From Tubiluchus corallicola (lineage: Eukaryota > Animalia > Priapulida): a DNA stretch of 64,000 nucleotides. The DNA lies in assembly GCA_030141605.1 (NCBI GenBank), contig JAQGDQ010000337.1:124001-188000 (forward strand), written 5' to 3'. Position numbers and translations under genes: made by a program. This document shows, piece by piece, positions 37,401 to 52,400 of the stretch; position 1 is the first letter of the stretch, and each line of letters begins with the position of its first letter. The notes below the pieces were generated by a model. The model made no database searches. It was given only the letters and a program-made list of their open reading frames with translations, and was not told where the DNA came from.

Positions 37401-40400
37401 AAAAATTCAGTAATGTATTAGTTACCTTTCTAACCGAAGCTAGAAATAAATGTCACAACAATGAAAACAGATATACATTATTATCAAAAATTGAAATAAA
37501 TGCGATAATTGTCAATTCTGGCCAACATGAGGCAGCACAGGCAAGGTTGTCATGACAGCAGAGCGAGTGTAAACGTGCACTGCTAGCAATCTAGTCAGTT
37601 TACTTCTAGTCTACATAGGGAAAAGCGTATGTGCATAAAAAATTCCACATGATTTTGATTCACTAACGTGGTTTAGTTTAAAACGTAAACAATTGTTTAA
37701 AAATCATAAAAATAAACAGGTCTGCCTAAGTTTTTTCGAACATAAATCACAGATTAATTTCAAAAAAAAGGGAAAAGATTGTTGAATGAAAGGCACAAAA
37801 ATATGTTGAAAACTAGCTCTTGGCATTTCAAGACTGAAGTAAGAATTTTAGTCTATTACAGATTAAAATATCAAAACTGTAATTACTTTTCAACATACAC
37901 ACGTGGCAGCAAAATTACGCAAAACTTAAGATAATGCTTGTGCTATATATGTGTATCTTCAACTGATATTACTTTGAGCTGCTGCTAATACATAATGTCG
38001 AGTTTTTGTTAATATAATGCTAAATAATGATTTAATATTAATTATGACCACTGGTACAATTGCAGTCACTGTCTGTGTGACTTACTAAATAAATGTACCT
38101 TAAAAATAGCTACTAAGACATCTTTATTTCAGTTGAAAGAAAAATAATGACGTTCAGTTTTTATTTATAAACAATTTTAACTGTTTTTGACTTAATCCCA
38201 CTTAAATTAAATGTCCAAAATTGATTTCAAACAGGATGTAGTTATTGTCACAATGGTGGTGTATGTTTACTATTTTTATTTTTCTATTTTATTTTATTTT
38301 AGTGCCGTTTTTTATTTTCTAAAACAACTACATTTTGGACCAAGCTAGACTCATTGTTAGTGGATAACAATGTACAGTAAAGAGCCAGTATGATCACCTA
38401 AAGAAACAATGTACCTGTGAATAGAATCATGCAAAATAAATGTGTTAAGTGCATTGGTAATAGAAACCATGTTGACATTACCCAAATAATAATAACTATT
38501 AAGAAGGTGTAAGTGAATGGTAAACACTGTAATAGCGTATCTGATTAGTTTTCTGTTGAAAGTACAGCTTGTACATACATAAGGTAATCATGTGCCGTAC
38601 GTCCATATGTGAATACTGTATAAGCTTGTTTGATTGAGACAATTGTTTTGCATTTTAATTTTGTTTCACAGCTGCAATCATATGGCTGCGATTGTTGCAA
38701 AAACTAGTGAGTTCATTATAAATAATTCCAAAACAAAAACAACGTGAGTAGAAGTATCAGCAATGTTTCAAAATAGACGATCACGGACACTATTGTGAAA
38801 AGAAACATTGTTCATTTATTATTCATAAAACATTCATAATTTTAAGGTTACTATTAATGATGTTGTTTTAGTGACACTCACAGTGTTTTCATTTTTAATG
38901 ACACATTGGCATTGGAAAAAAAACCTTGTTTGACAATCACCATTTCAAAAGGAAGGCTAATCATTTATAATGATTTTATTTATTTAGGTTATCTTACCTA
39001 TAATGTTTCAAAGAGACATTGAAATTAATACATTAGTTTCATCTTTACTCTAAAATAAGAGCTAGAAAAGCAATCAAATAAGCCTTTTCACAGTTTCGTT
39101 TTTCGCACTAGCAGTTGCCGTACATCAAAGGTTAAGCGTACCACAGCAACGTGTCTTAACTACAACCATCACGTGACATGTGTAAAGCAAAGCCGTCTGC
39201 TGCACGAATTCAGTAACGTCAGTTGTTTTACGTTCACTTTACTTAAGTATGCATTAGTCTGTGCAAAGGGTAATTTACTAGCAGGAACTTGCTTAGAAAC
39301 AAAGAAAAAATGAACTAGGTAAGGTTCTAGCTAGGTAAGGTGTTGTCTGGTAGACTTAACTTTCGACCTATTCACGATCATCATCAATCACTGGAACTGT
39401 GTGAAAAAGCTTATTGGGACAAGACAAAAATGGTTGTATAAATCTTAGGCTGCTGATAGTTTAGATTTATGATTATGTAAAGACAACCAAATTGCAGATG
39501 TATTCAATTTTCTTTATAATAATTAATGAAATCCTTTATTCTGAAAAAAAGACTGATTATTTCTCCAATAAGTTCATCTGCTGTAGAATAAGTTTTTGAC
39601 TAAATCAGTAAGGAGAGTATGATGCTGCTTAGTAAATTTCGTATTCACATTTTGTATATTTTATATTTGCATCAGATCCACGAAAAAGCATTGATCAATG
39701 CTAGAATGGGGAGGCAAAGAAAGAATGCAGTAATTAATATAACAAGCTGAAATTTAAAATGTAAGACCACAAAGCCATAATGCGCAGTGCATAAGCAGCC
39801 ATGTTTAGCTGAATCTGACAGCAACAAAGCATTCTGAAACTCAAGATTGTCTCTAGAGGCAGAAATATATAAGCAGCATAACAGCGGGTAGAAGAGATAA
39901 AGGTAGACGAATAATGAAGGCAGAAGAGGAAAAGTTAACGGTGATTTAAATAACTACTTGATGTCCTATTAAATGAGAAGTGCCTCCTACCATAGCAGCA
40001 GCAGCATTAGCTCGGCTTTGGTTTGCCTTTAATTGCGCTTGCAGGTGTTGCGGTGGATGAAAGTAGCGGCACTGCTCTCTAGTGCATCGTCCCTTCACAT
40101 GGTCCATACAAACAGTAACCATGCCATCTGTCGAGTCCACCGTCACATGCTCAGGAGGGTGAGCAAAGCGACATTCAGTCTCCAGCCGCTTGCAATTGCC
40201 CCGCTGAAACTCCCGACATACCTATAAGCAAACATAAGCAACAAGCCGTACAAGCGACAGTATTTGCTAAAACAAACTGAGAAGCTGCCAAGCTGAAGCA
40301 CTTGCTCCTACTGCCTGTGTGCCAGAGCAATCAGCCAAACTTAGCTATAGCTTAATATTACTACTTAGTGAGTTAAAGCGCACTTTGCTGGGAAGTGATG

Positions 40401-43400
40401 AAAAACCATGTTGACAGCCAGTGGTGTTCCTCAAGGTGATGTACTGGGGCCACTTCTTTTCAGGTTGTACATTAAATTATTAATGCAAATTTTCAAAAGT
40501 GTCGCATTTTGCTAAAGGCAGTATAAACTTAGCATAGAAGAGTGACAGAAAATAATAAGCTGTCAAATGGACAAAGAGCAACAATTCAATAGCATTCATG
40601 CTTCCTATGCAATTACTAGGATATCATAATGAGTTACATAGGTATTTGACCGCTTGAGCGTTTCAAGACTACTTACCACTGGCACCATGATGTCAACTTA
40701 AGCAGTTTAAAGAAGTGGTGGATAAGGAATTAAGGCAGTCAGTAGGCTAGTGCTTCCGCAGGTAACAGCACACTGTAGTGTACATAATGAAGTTTGGTAC
40801 TACCAATATCAAATGGCAATTAGTGCTTAACAGAAAAAAATTATGCGAGTAATTGACTGTTTTATTAATTTAAATGTTGCTTTTTTAATTTGCTTTTATG
40901 AGTTTCATACTGTAGTAGTTTGTCGCAATATCAGCCTCTTTTGCAACTAAATTTTACCTTAATGTAAGATGGCTTATTAATGTATATAATGACTTACACA
41001 AAAATGTAATGTAGTGGATTAATAATTTCATACGTACAGTAATTTTAAATTAGAATAATGAATTATACTATGGCTTTGGAAATTTCAAGTATATTTTTAT
41101 AATTTCTTTGTTAAAGATATTTGCGATTTTTTTTCACTGTAATAGATTAATTTTTGATGATGTTAGAGCCAACCAAAGTAATATAAAGACAACAACTGCT
41201 TTCGAAACCTATAAATATTTCGAGTGAAAGTATATAAAATATGTAGAATATTGGTTATACACGTGAATGTGTTTAATGTGCTTTGTTTAACAATATGCAT
41301 ACGTATTTTGTGATGATTTTTTATTGTCAATGAAACGTATAAACCTTCTTAGATTTTTATACTGTCATAAAAAGTAATGATAAGTTTTCGAATAAAGAAA
41401 TGCTAGTCATACCTCTAACCGGTCTGTTCGAGCTGGTTTCTGCTGTGCAATCATCTGAGGTGACACCACTCCATATGGTGACGCCACTGTAGCCGCATCG
41501 GCTGGGACTAGTCCTTGCATGAGCATTGTGGGATTATTGTACGGATTAAGAGGTTGTACAGTTGGAATTGTAGTTACGTATGGAGGGTTGCCACCCTGAA
41601 AGACAATGAAGAAATGTTATTAGAGTTTAAACACAAAGGAGAAGCATGTTTAAAGATAGCTTCTTTTCAGGATATAGATAAGATTTTTATATTAACGTTG
41701 GTATCATGTTAGTGATGTGTTTGTTAATTTCTTTTGATATTTTAATTGCGTAAGATCAATTGAATTCGATTTCAATTAATTTTTATTGCACAAATAAAAT
41801 AATGTACCGTGGCAAAAATGTACGTAAATCTCTTCGTGTGTTTATTTTAAGTAGTTATGATTCAGTGCACCCCCTATTCAGTCTAACAATTGTAAAATTA
41901 TTTCCCTCCATCCCTGAGTGTCACTGTCATTTATGGCACAAGCTGATCATGTACAAGCCGTCTGGGTAAAAAATTTCACGCTAAAATGACATTTTGACTG
42001 CCACGGCATCAAACGCCAAACATTCATTCGTGCCATTGATAGGCAGCATAGCAAAGATCTTTTATTGTGTGAGTTACCATGTTTCGAAATTACGTTTCAT
42101 CCAAATGATGTTCTATTGACGAGTTAGACAAATCAATATTTGCTTCAAATTGACTAGATATAACAAAAACCAATTTAGCGGTGCCCGCACATACACACAA
42201 AAGGCAGATGTAATCTGTATAGAACCAGGAGGTCAAGAAGTTGCAAGACAAATTTCTAACACTGCACGATCTTACAGATCACAAACTTAAAAAAATGAAC
42301 TAGTCAGTCCATTTAAATTCAAGTTTCTATGGCTCAAGTAACATTTACAGACAGGTAGTGCATGCAATTTGCCATCTACCGGCCGCACAGTAAATAACTT
42401 ACACATAGACGGCTTTGCTTTACCCACACCTAACGTAACGGTTGTAGTTAGACACACCTAACATTTGACCTACAGCAACTGCGCGTGCGCACAGCGAAAT
42501 TGTGAAAGGGCTTATTATTAGTCCAAAAGCCGACTTTAGAATAACAAGTCTTATTATTACCCGTGAAACTGGTCGATCTCTGTATATACCATAATGTCCA
42601 AGCATGAATTTATGTAAACATGGGTGGAATTTCAATTTCGTATTAGCTACATGGTGCAGCCATTATTGCGAATTTTTGTATTGCAAATTTTTCCGTGACT
42701 CTGTCTAGACATGTGATTATTATGAACAGTAAGCCAGTAATCAGGGGCGTGTCTTACGAAACAGTGTGAAGGGTGGGGTAGACTGGTTAAGTGCAATCTT
42801 AAAAAAATGAGATTGTCACAAAGTCCCTTCTAGATCTCCTAATTGTGCTAAGACAAAGCAAAGTTTTTTGTGGACATAAGTTTCCGCGAGTCTTGTTTCA
42901 ATCTAGGGGGCGTGCTACAGCTGAATTTTATCTGCCCCTCGTTTTTTTAATTTTGGTTTCGCCCGCGCCGGTAATTATACTTAATCCACACGATTTCAAA
43001 TTTCAGACGCAAGCAGTTAGCACTACAGTCAGAAAGACAGCTGCAGAAAGATTTCATTTTTTACTCGTTTTAAAACCTTCAAGGTTGAAATATGTAAAGA
43101 ATGTCAAGAGAGGCAACCATGTTTACATAATCACGGCTGCTGTGTGAGATTTTAAACAAAACGCGCTGTTGCGCGAGATCTCTAATATAAAACACGATTA
43201 AATAAAACGCGTAAAACTAAAACACATCCGGCGGTAACAATAGAATTTTGACGCGTAAATTATCGCAATAAAACCACACGCAAAGTTGTAAAATTGGCGT
43301 CTTCCTGGGGGAAACGTCCCCAGATGAAAAACTAGTTTATGAAAAAAACGACTAAAATTTAGTCTGGAACCTAAAAAGCGTTAAAGCCAAGAGTTAACTT

Positions 43401-46400
43401 CCACGCTCACAACTTGCACCAAATCAAACGTATTTTGTTTCCAGTTAGTTATACAAGATGACAGTAGCTTCCTAAACATATTATGTAACAATAATTTAAT
43501 CATAGCTCAATCCACTTGCCTCACTACTAGGTCTACATATTGCAGATAAAATAAACAAGATGCTAGACAATATACATTTGGCGCTAAAGTTAATTATCTT
43601 ACTAATGGGGCTTAAAATGTTTTTTTATAGCCTATTAGTTGTATATTTCCGATACGTTATTCTGCTATCATATTTGCTAAATACTACATATCACTGTAAT
43701 AACTTTGCAATAACTGTGCAACCACTAAGTCACGTTTAAGACCGTGGTAGAAAAAAATTAAATGTAAAACTAATCGATATACAATATAATGTAACACTTG
43801 CTCAAAGTGGAGACGCTGTACGATACTTAGATGTGTTCAAGCGGTAACTGTTTGTGGTGTATAATCAAACTAACGGGATTTACAGGAATAAAAGAGATAC
43901 GTTATTATGATTACGTAATATTAGCTTATTATTAGATTTTAGTCATTAGTTCAATATTACTCACTCATTAGCAGCTCAATTTTTTGTAATTAATTATGTA
44001 ACCATTAAAACAAATTTGACACGTTGGTAATGCAAAAATCAATTTGATGCGAAATAAAGAAAACAAGACTTGAAAACTGCCTTATTAATTGTAATTATTG
44101 CGCTTAGCACTAGAATTAAACCCCCTGGAGGAGAACAAGCTTAGAATTTAAAAGAACAATTTGCTAAAATACATAACAGTACAAAAAAACTTTGTAGTTA
44201 TTTAACCACTAAGTTACGTTTAAGACGGTGGGATGCAAAAATTACCTGTAAATCAAACCAAAAGATATGCTCAGAATAGAGCCATCTTAAATGTATCAAT
44301 GCCTTAACACACGCGGCGTTACTTAAACGTGGTGGGACAGTAAGTACTTGTGGTGTATAACCTATTAACAGATTTATTATGTTATTAACAGAGTGTAATA
44401 CTTAAACGTGGTGAGACAGTAAGTACTTGTGGTGTATAGCCCATTAACAGAGTTATTATTTTATTAATAGAGCGTAATTATGAATTAATGCCACTCATTA
44501 GCAGACACATCGAGTAGCAGCTCACATTTTTAATTACAATAAGTAATAACTAAGTCGCATTAAAGAGCGTGGTATACAAAAATGTTCAATGTAACACGTG
44601 TAGTTGGATGTTCAGACACGATGCGATGATATAAAATAACACTAGAGATGTAACTGCTTTTAATGTGTAACCGCTTGATAGAAATATCATTTATAGCTAC
44701 AATAGCTGAATAAAATTACCCCTTCTATAATTAGCGGGTAAATTACCTCGAAAATAAGTTTTATTTTAATGCCCTGCATACGACTGACTCAAACAATAAC
44801 GAGGAATAGCAGCAATAATAATGCGCTAGCCAAACCCCCCAAAAGAATTTTGTGCATAAACTCACAACAACAACCCACACTACACCCCACTCACAATACA
44901 CGAACCAAGCGCTTCATTCACAACACAACACCCACCCCACACCACACCACACCACACCTCCCACATCATATCACAACACAACACAACACCACAGTACACC
45001 TCCCACACCTGGTCGTCCATACCACAACACCACATGCACCATAGCACATCACCCACACAACCAGCCCCACCCCACTCACAACACACCACCCACACCACAC
45101 CCTACCACACCAACCAAGCACTTTGTGCACAACACACCTCCCACATCATACCGCAACACAACACCACATACACAATAGCACATCACCCACACAGCACCAC
45201 ACAACCACCCCTCACCCCCCATCCCACCCTACTCACAACACACCACCCACACCACACCATACCACACCAACCAAGCACTTCGTGCACAACACACCACAAC
45301 ACCACCCACACAACACACCACACACACAACACTACAAAAAGTCACCAACACCAACCACACCACACCACCCACACCCTATCACTCCATCACATTATACATT
45401 ATATATATATATATATATAATTAATATATATAATTAAAATTGAATCTTATAATTAATTTTGGTGATATATATATATATATATATTATTATATATATATTA
45501 ATTATACAAAATATACAAAATTAATTATAAGATTCAATTTTAATTATTTATTTAGGTGATTTCAAAATTACTCTTTAATATACTTAAAACATGTTGTTGC
45601 AAACTGAATACAGCTGCATCACCATTTTACACTTTCTTGTAATTAATACAATCTTATTAAAATATTAGACGTGAGTTAATTAATTAAATAATGGTGCACT
45701 ATTGAGAGGCTGATACGAAAAAATGCTACTGCTATAAAATCAGCTTTGTAACCTGTTAGAAATTATGTCGAATTTAGGCCCCGGTAAAAAATAATGTATA
45801 AATATTTTTTAACTTAATTATCTAACATTAATTAACTACGTAATTAACTTAATACATGTGCTATTATTTACTACTACTAAACGGACTAAATAGTTTTTCT
45901 AAGGAATCTACGAGTAGTCTTTGGACAAATGCCCCAACGCAATGCTCCGTCTTGATAACCTCAAAGGTTTTGCAAGTGCTTTCATTACTGGTGTGAAGCG
46001 TTCGAATTAAAACTTCAATAAAATAGTTAAAAAAATAATAATAAATGCAACAACAAAAGTGCCAACAATTTTGCGATGAATAGATTTCTATAAAACCGGT
46101 TGAAGATGTGAAATAAAAATGTTATAATTATAAGCTCAATCAGAGGTAATTCATGTGTAAAATTTGCCTAACACGGCAGGCAGTCAGCGCATCATAAAGT
46201 ATTCACAAAGATTCACACGCCGGGCGTAATGCAATTTGACGTAATTCGTGAAAATTCATGAGCTCCACCGAAAAATGATCAAACTTAATTTGCCAAATAT
46301 ACGCAATTACAGCTAAATTATGCTACACATACAGGATGCCCCAAAACTTTAACATTTTCAAGTAACCTAGGATAAAGTTATTGCTTTTAAACCTGAAGAT

Positions 46401-49400
46401 ATTTTCCCATCAAAGTCCATTATCAAGATCCCACGAAGCGTTAATATTTCAATGCAATTGTAATTTATGCAAAACGCCTCCATCACTATCAAAAAGCCAT
46501 ATTTCCAGCAATTCATTTCATTTCAAATTTCGAAATAACCAGTTTGTAAGATTGTTCGCATTGCTGTTTAATGAGACTGTTCTGTCTGGTTGTCAACAAC
46601 AAAATGATTTCTGGCACATAAATAAACAGCAAAATGTTAATTTAGATTTGTAAAATAACAACAGGTCAATGTGCGTATAATAATATGCAACATTAAGGTT
46701 CAAAACATTATAATGACAAAATTTTTGACAACTTTTGTTTAAAAATCTAATCAGCAATCTTTATACACGCTTTATATAAATATGCAAAAAGATTTAAAGC
46801 ACATAATTATAACGCACAGTTTTTAACTTTGAAACAATAATAATTTACGATATATTTCAATAACCAAAGAGACAGAGAGTTGGCCTACAACTGGCCCACT
46901 GCAAACGTAGGCCCTATAATGTAATAGCGCACAATGTCAAAAGCAGCATATAGCAGCTGATACATACATTTTGTATTATGACCCGAATGTTTGTATTATG
47001 ACTAGCAGCTAAGGCAAAGCGCTTGCTTTAAGCAGCTAATGCTGGCTTAGCATGGCTAGCATAAAATTTAGTACTTCGTGGAAATATGTGGTTATTTTTC
47101 AGCTGAAAAATTTATGTAATTATGACGTGAGTGCCCTAAACTGAAATGTGACTATTAAAAATGGGTTTTTACGACGATGGCGACATTATGGTGATGACGA
47201 TGATTTTCTGTAGCTGTTTTACCTACCTAAGATAACTAGGATTTCGAATCCTCGGACAACTGGAAAGAGAAACTCGGGCTGGGGCTAAAAGTTTCATTCG
47301 CTTATCACTGAAAATTTGGAGTTTCAGGCATCTGCAGTGCCTAGACGAAAATGGCTTGCGAAGCACACAGCTGACTTTGCAATTAGCACAGATTTAATTA
47401 ATTAGCAAAACAAAGCTATAAGGCTCAAAACTTGGCTGGAAGCGTAAAGCGGCACAGATAGCAGTAGCTGATAATGCCGATAAGTCTATAAACAGAATAT
47501 TACCAACCACTGCTGTATACTGTGTCGGAAACACTTGATTGGGAAAGATAACTGATTTACCCGTAGCTGCAACCTAAACAAAATAAACAATAAACAACTT
47601 GGTAAACAATCAACAAACAAACTAGATTCGACAAAGTATTGTTACATTTAATACATTTTTGCTACTTTTGGGAAGACGTGGTTTATAGCTGAGTGACTAA
47701 GGCGTGTGTTTAAAGACCTGTAAAGTTAAGCAACACCAAGGCTGGACTCTACACAGATGGATGACCACCTGCCATTTAGAAAACTGGTTGAGTGGTTGCA
47801 CTTCCTGATGGATCATGTGCGTCTGATTACCTAGGAACGTTGCTAAGTACTTTTGCAGTTTCCCCCTCTCTCTGTATGTGTCTCATCACAGAGGCTTTAT
47901 CCTTGGTAATGAGATAGATACTGGTCCTGCCACATTAAGCAGGTACCTGCTATTGAGTGCTAAATTCTTTTTTTCGAAAAATAAACTAAAAATATATACA
48001 GGTGAAAACAACTTCATTCATAAAAACCCCATTACGCGGTCATTCCTATTACTTTTTATTTATAATTACCTTAAAATTTTGGTGAGTTAGCAGTTATGAC
48101 ATTTTTAAAACAATATTAATGTTAATTTTTACAGCGAGTCTGGCGGTAGCTAGATGGTAAGAAGAAGATTCTTTCCACGCAAAATAACGCCCAGGAAAAT
48201 CCTCAGAGGTGAAATTTTAAAAGTAAATGTTCATGGCAAATATTCATTAATTCTGTACAAAGCTTTAACGAATCTTTTACTGTCATTAAATACATAAAAC
48301 TTTGGCAGTTTAACGAATGTATGCGGTTCGGTTAGCAGAATGACAATTACATAAATGTAACAGCCACGTAATACAGCCATTTTCAGTAACATTGAAGTAA
48401 CCTTCATAATACAGCGGGGGATCTTACCATTGATTTCCTGAAAGACATGGAATATTTTCTCCCAAAGTTAACGCGTTTGCTATGTATATGTGTGTGTATA
48501 TATATATATATACATAGGGAGAGACCATAAGCGCTGATAAAACCGTGTCTATATCCAAGCTTTGACCGTTTCAGTTTATTATTCATTCAGATCCTCTAAG
48601 AGAAATTTTGCAAGGCGGTACAAGACCCCGAGGCAGGCAAAGATTTTTTCAAAATTGAGAATTTGATGTCCAGTAAATATACATGTAAATTCTTATAAAT
48701 GCTTTATTCCCATGGTTAGATATAACATAATGTAACAAACATATTCAATTAATGCAACAATATAAATAAGCAATTAATTTTTAGTTTTTGGTCAATTTAC
48801 GCTAAATTGCGCATCTACGCATCTACCCCGGGCCGTAAGTAGATACTCTCTGTATCATAAGTAAGGAAAAGAACTAAGTGTGACGTGATAATTCGAGCAT
48901 GTAAGTGTATGTCGAGCTTTAGTTAACAGAAAGTGCTTGTTCTCGAGGGGGGAAAATGGTTGTTGTATGGTTGCTGTGGGCCCACCTCCCTTCTTAGCTC
49001 GTGGGCCCGCGAACAAAGAACCGCCTGGACCCACCTCTCATAGGCCCTGTGTTTATTCACCATTCGTACAGGATTACACACATACATATATACGATGCAG
49101 GGCACTCTGTACTCTACAGGGTATTATAAACATTAAAAGCAGACAAAATAAAATTAATTTTAAAATCAAGTCTGAGAATTATCAAAGACTTGTGAAAACA
49201 AACACGTTATCAATTTACACTTAGTGTGAAAGCAATTATCGCAGGTTCCATGTTGCAACGAGTTCTAGAAATATGGTGCACACGTCCAAAAAGATCTTTA
49301 GTTAGTAGACTGGCTTGTCACCTTTTGAAATAGCGACAGTGGTAAATGTTAATGATATCTGCAGTGAGATCACGTTATAAAAAGTTCAGAAATGCAAAAT

Positions 49401-52400
49401 GTTTCAATTCGACATGGCATCTTATATAGAAATCCACGAAGTTTGATAAAGCGTCGTTGTAGCGCCAATAGCCAATAATCACATTTATTGATATCGCAAA
49501 ATCACAACATAGTCCGCAGAATTTTGCTGGACTCTTTTCAGCTTTGAAATGTTATAGTCTGGTGGCTTACAAAATAAACTACGTGTTGTTATAACAATAA
49601 TACATAGTAAAGCTGCACTAGGCTATGAAGATGTTCTGTGAATTGGCAGAATTCGGTACGAAGTCTGAGAGATACATAAACCGGTGTTGGGAATCCACAG
49701 ATCAACCGGTAAAACATCTATATAAGACTGTATGCAGGGAGCATTATCAGATTTAATGTAAGACATTTCAGAGTTTTGTCGATTGTGAACAGTTTAGATA
49801 TTTTTCAGTTTAAGAAATTGAACTTACGTGTTTTTATGGAGCGTCATATTGCTAATTTAACGCAAGAGAATATGGTATATGCTAATATCATCAAAGAGTG
49901 TTTATTTGGGATCGAAGGTAGGTGTGGAGGCCTAAATAATGAGCAAATGAAAAGAATAAAAAGTTACCTAGCCACTGTTTAGTATCTACATGTAAATACT
50001 GTGTAAAAATCTTTGCAAATAGTGTTGTTGTTTTTCTGTTTTAATTTAATTAACTAACTCAAAATGTACAAATTAAAGTACGAATAAAGATGATATATAT
50101 GAGGTTAACCGTTAACAAATTACTCTACCAAGTCTTCTGATTTGATTCATGCACACATCTATTACATTATATACCGTGTTCTTCGCTCTCTTACAAATTT
50201 CATCCATGGGCCACTAAACGTCCTTTACTGACCCATGGAGGAAATTTGTAAGAGAGTGAAAAACACGTTGCAGTAAACGATGGGCTTACGTCTCTATCAA
50301 GCCACACCCACAAGAAACGGTAGGCCATCTTTCTAGCAACCAAGACAAAATCAACGCGGATAGATGTGGAACCGTCAATGCAGAAATTTAGTTGATATAA
50401 TATTTAATGATACTAATCATTAAACTATTTCAAAAACAACCAAATAATGTCAGCAAATGTAAATGTTAGAGCATGAAATATATTAAGTACCGCCAAGTAC
50501 TATAATAACTGTTAAAACAAACCTGTAGCATGTTGATGATACCATAAGTTCTATAACGGTGTTTACTTTGATGTTATTATATTGATTAATATTAAATAAT
50601 GCGTACAAAGCCAGGCTTATAACAGGTACATTTTTATTACACGACACATACACCTAGGCCTATAGCAATAAAATCTCCATTTGCACAGTTTGCAGTCGTG
50701 GAGTCTAGACGCATTTTTCCACTTCATAAATTCTTTATGGAAATTGTATTTGATCGTTTCCGTATCTAATGTGGTCTTGGGTAATGGCGCATTTAAATTG
50801 GATGAAAATTCGAGTTTTATTTGCAAATACACGAGAAGAAATAGAAAATATCTAGAGGCAAAGAGAACGAGAAAGAGAGCAAATCATTGAAATCAATGAA
50901 GCGGAGGAAAAGGAGAAAGAGTAAATGTTTGAACTGAATTAAACTGATTCAAATGTTTAACGCCATCCACTGATTTATCTATATTTCTAAACAGAAAATT
51001 TCTAGCAAAACAGGGATTTTTATAATCATGTGAACAACCGACATAAAAATTGTTTAGCGATGCCATGGGATAACAGCAAAATTTATTCATGATAGCAATT
51101 CCGATTCCTCTAAAACCACTCGATTTCAAGTGATTTTCGGCTCCAATTATTTATTTTATTTTTATTTATTTGTAATACATCTATGAAAAGAAGTCAAGAG
51201 ACTTACATGTCCATTAAGAACATCGTAAAATATATCTACAGTCTATAGAGAGCAAAATTACAGCTAAAAGTACAGAATGCATGGCACATGGTTAGTACAA
51301 TGTAAACAAGCAAATAGTTGGACAAAATAAAAGTGTGGGTAAGAACACGAAAACCTGATTAATACGGTAAACTTGCTTAATTATGGTAAAAACATTTACA
51401 TCATTTAACAGATAACACATTGTAGGGAATTTCACCAAGTATCTCGTTGGTCACGTGACCACGATCACTCACCTGTGCAGATCTGTTTCTACCTGGGCAA
51501 GTGAGATAGTTGGTAGACGTTAACAGGCTTCTTTAAAAGTAGTTTTTCATAGTATGATAGTGACATAATTTGTCAGATATATTGGTAAATACTAGATCTG
51601 CTTTATGGAGACATACGATGTAAGTAAATGCACCATTTTGTATTATTTTGAATCATCATGAACTGATCACTTTGAGCATTTTAGTTTAATGAATTACAAT
51701 TTTATAAACGATAGAACGTGGTATAAATTAGTAAGTTAGGTTTATTTAACGTTTGTGTTTAGTAAAGTCTAGAACTACAGAATTAAATGCAAATTTGTAA
51801 AATAGCCCCTTTTTTAATAGAAATGACGTATAAAACACTACAATATTTTGTTGAATTATGGCAGACATTGATTGTATGTTCTAGTAAATATTTTTAGAAG
51901 GTCTGAAATTTATATTACTGGCTTGTTTTATTCTATTGAGTAAATTATTCCACATTACAGCACCATTATACATGACACAATAATTCATAACATTGGTTCT
52001 GCACTTAAGGATATGGAATTTGTCGTATTGTCGAGTTTGGTAGGAAAACACACTGCTATTATAATTGAACAAATAGTGATGCACATATATAATCAAAAGA
52101 TTATTAAACATATCCGGGCTGAACATAAACAGGTTAGTTTATTTTTATTTTTTTCAAAAACAATGCTTATTTTGTTTTAAAGTTTCATATTTTTGTTTAA
52201 TTAAATTAATGATTTAATTAAATTAATGCAAAAATTAATGATTCACATTATGAGCATGGCGACATAGCGATAAGAAAAATAAGCTGTCTTTTTTTCTTGT
52301 ATTTACAAATTTGTAAAATAGCCCCTTTTTTTAAATAGAAATGACGTATAAAACACTACAATATTTTGTTGGGATATGGCTGACATTGATTGTAGTACAT

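Noticed and set aside
44769-45437. His/Thr/Pro-rich and Val/Cys/Gly-rich ORFs
   Set aside because: Low-complexity C/A tract that lacks stop codons by composition.
51473-51530. Possible MBNL exon ending in a perfect CAG|gtgagt donor
   Set aside because: Nearest acceptors are purine-rich and give 55 or 58 nt, not a multiple of 3, with no recognisable peptide. It cannot be distinguished from a chance donor.
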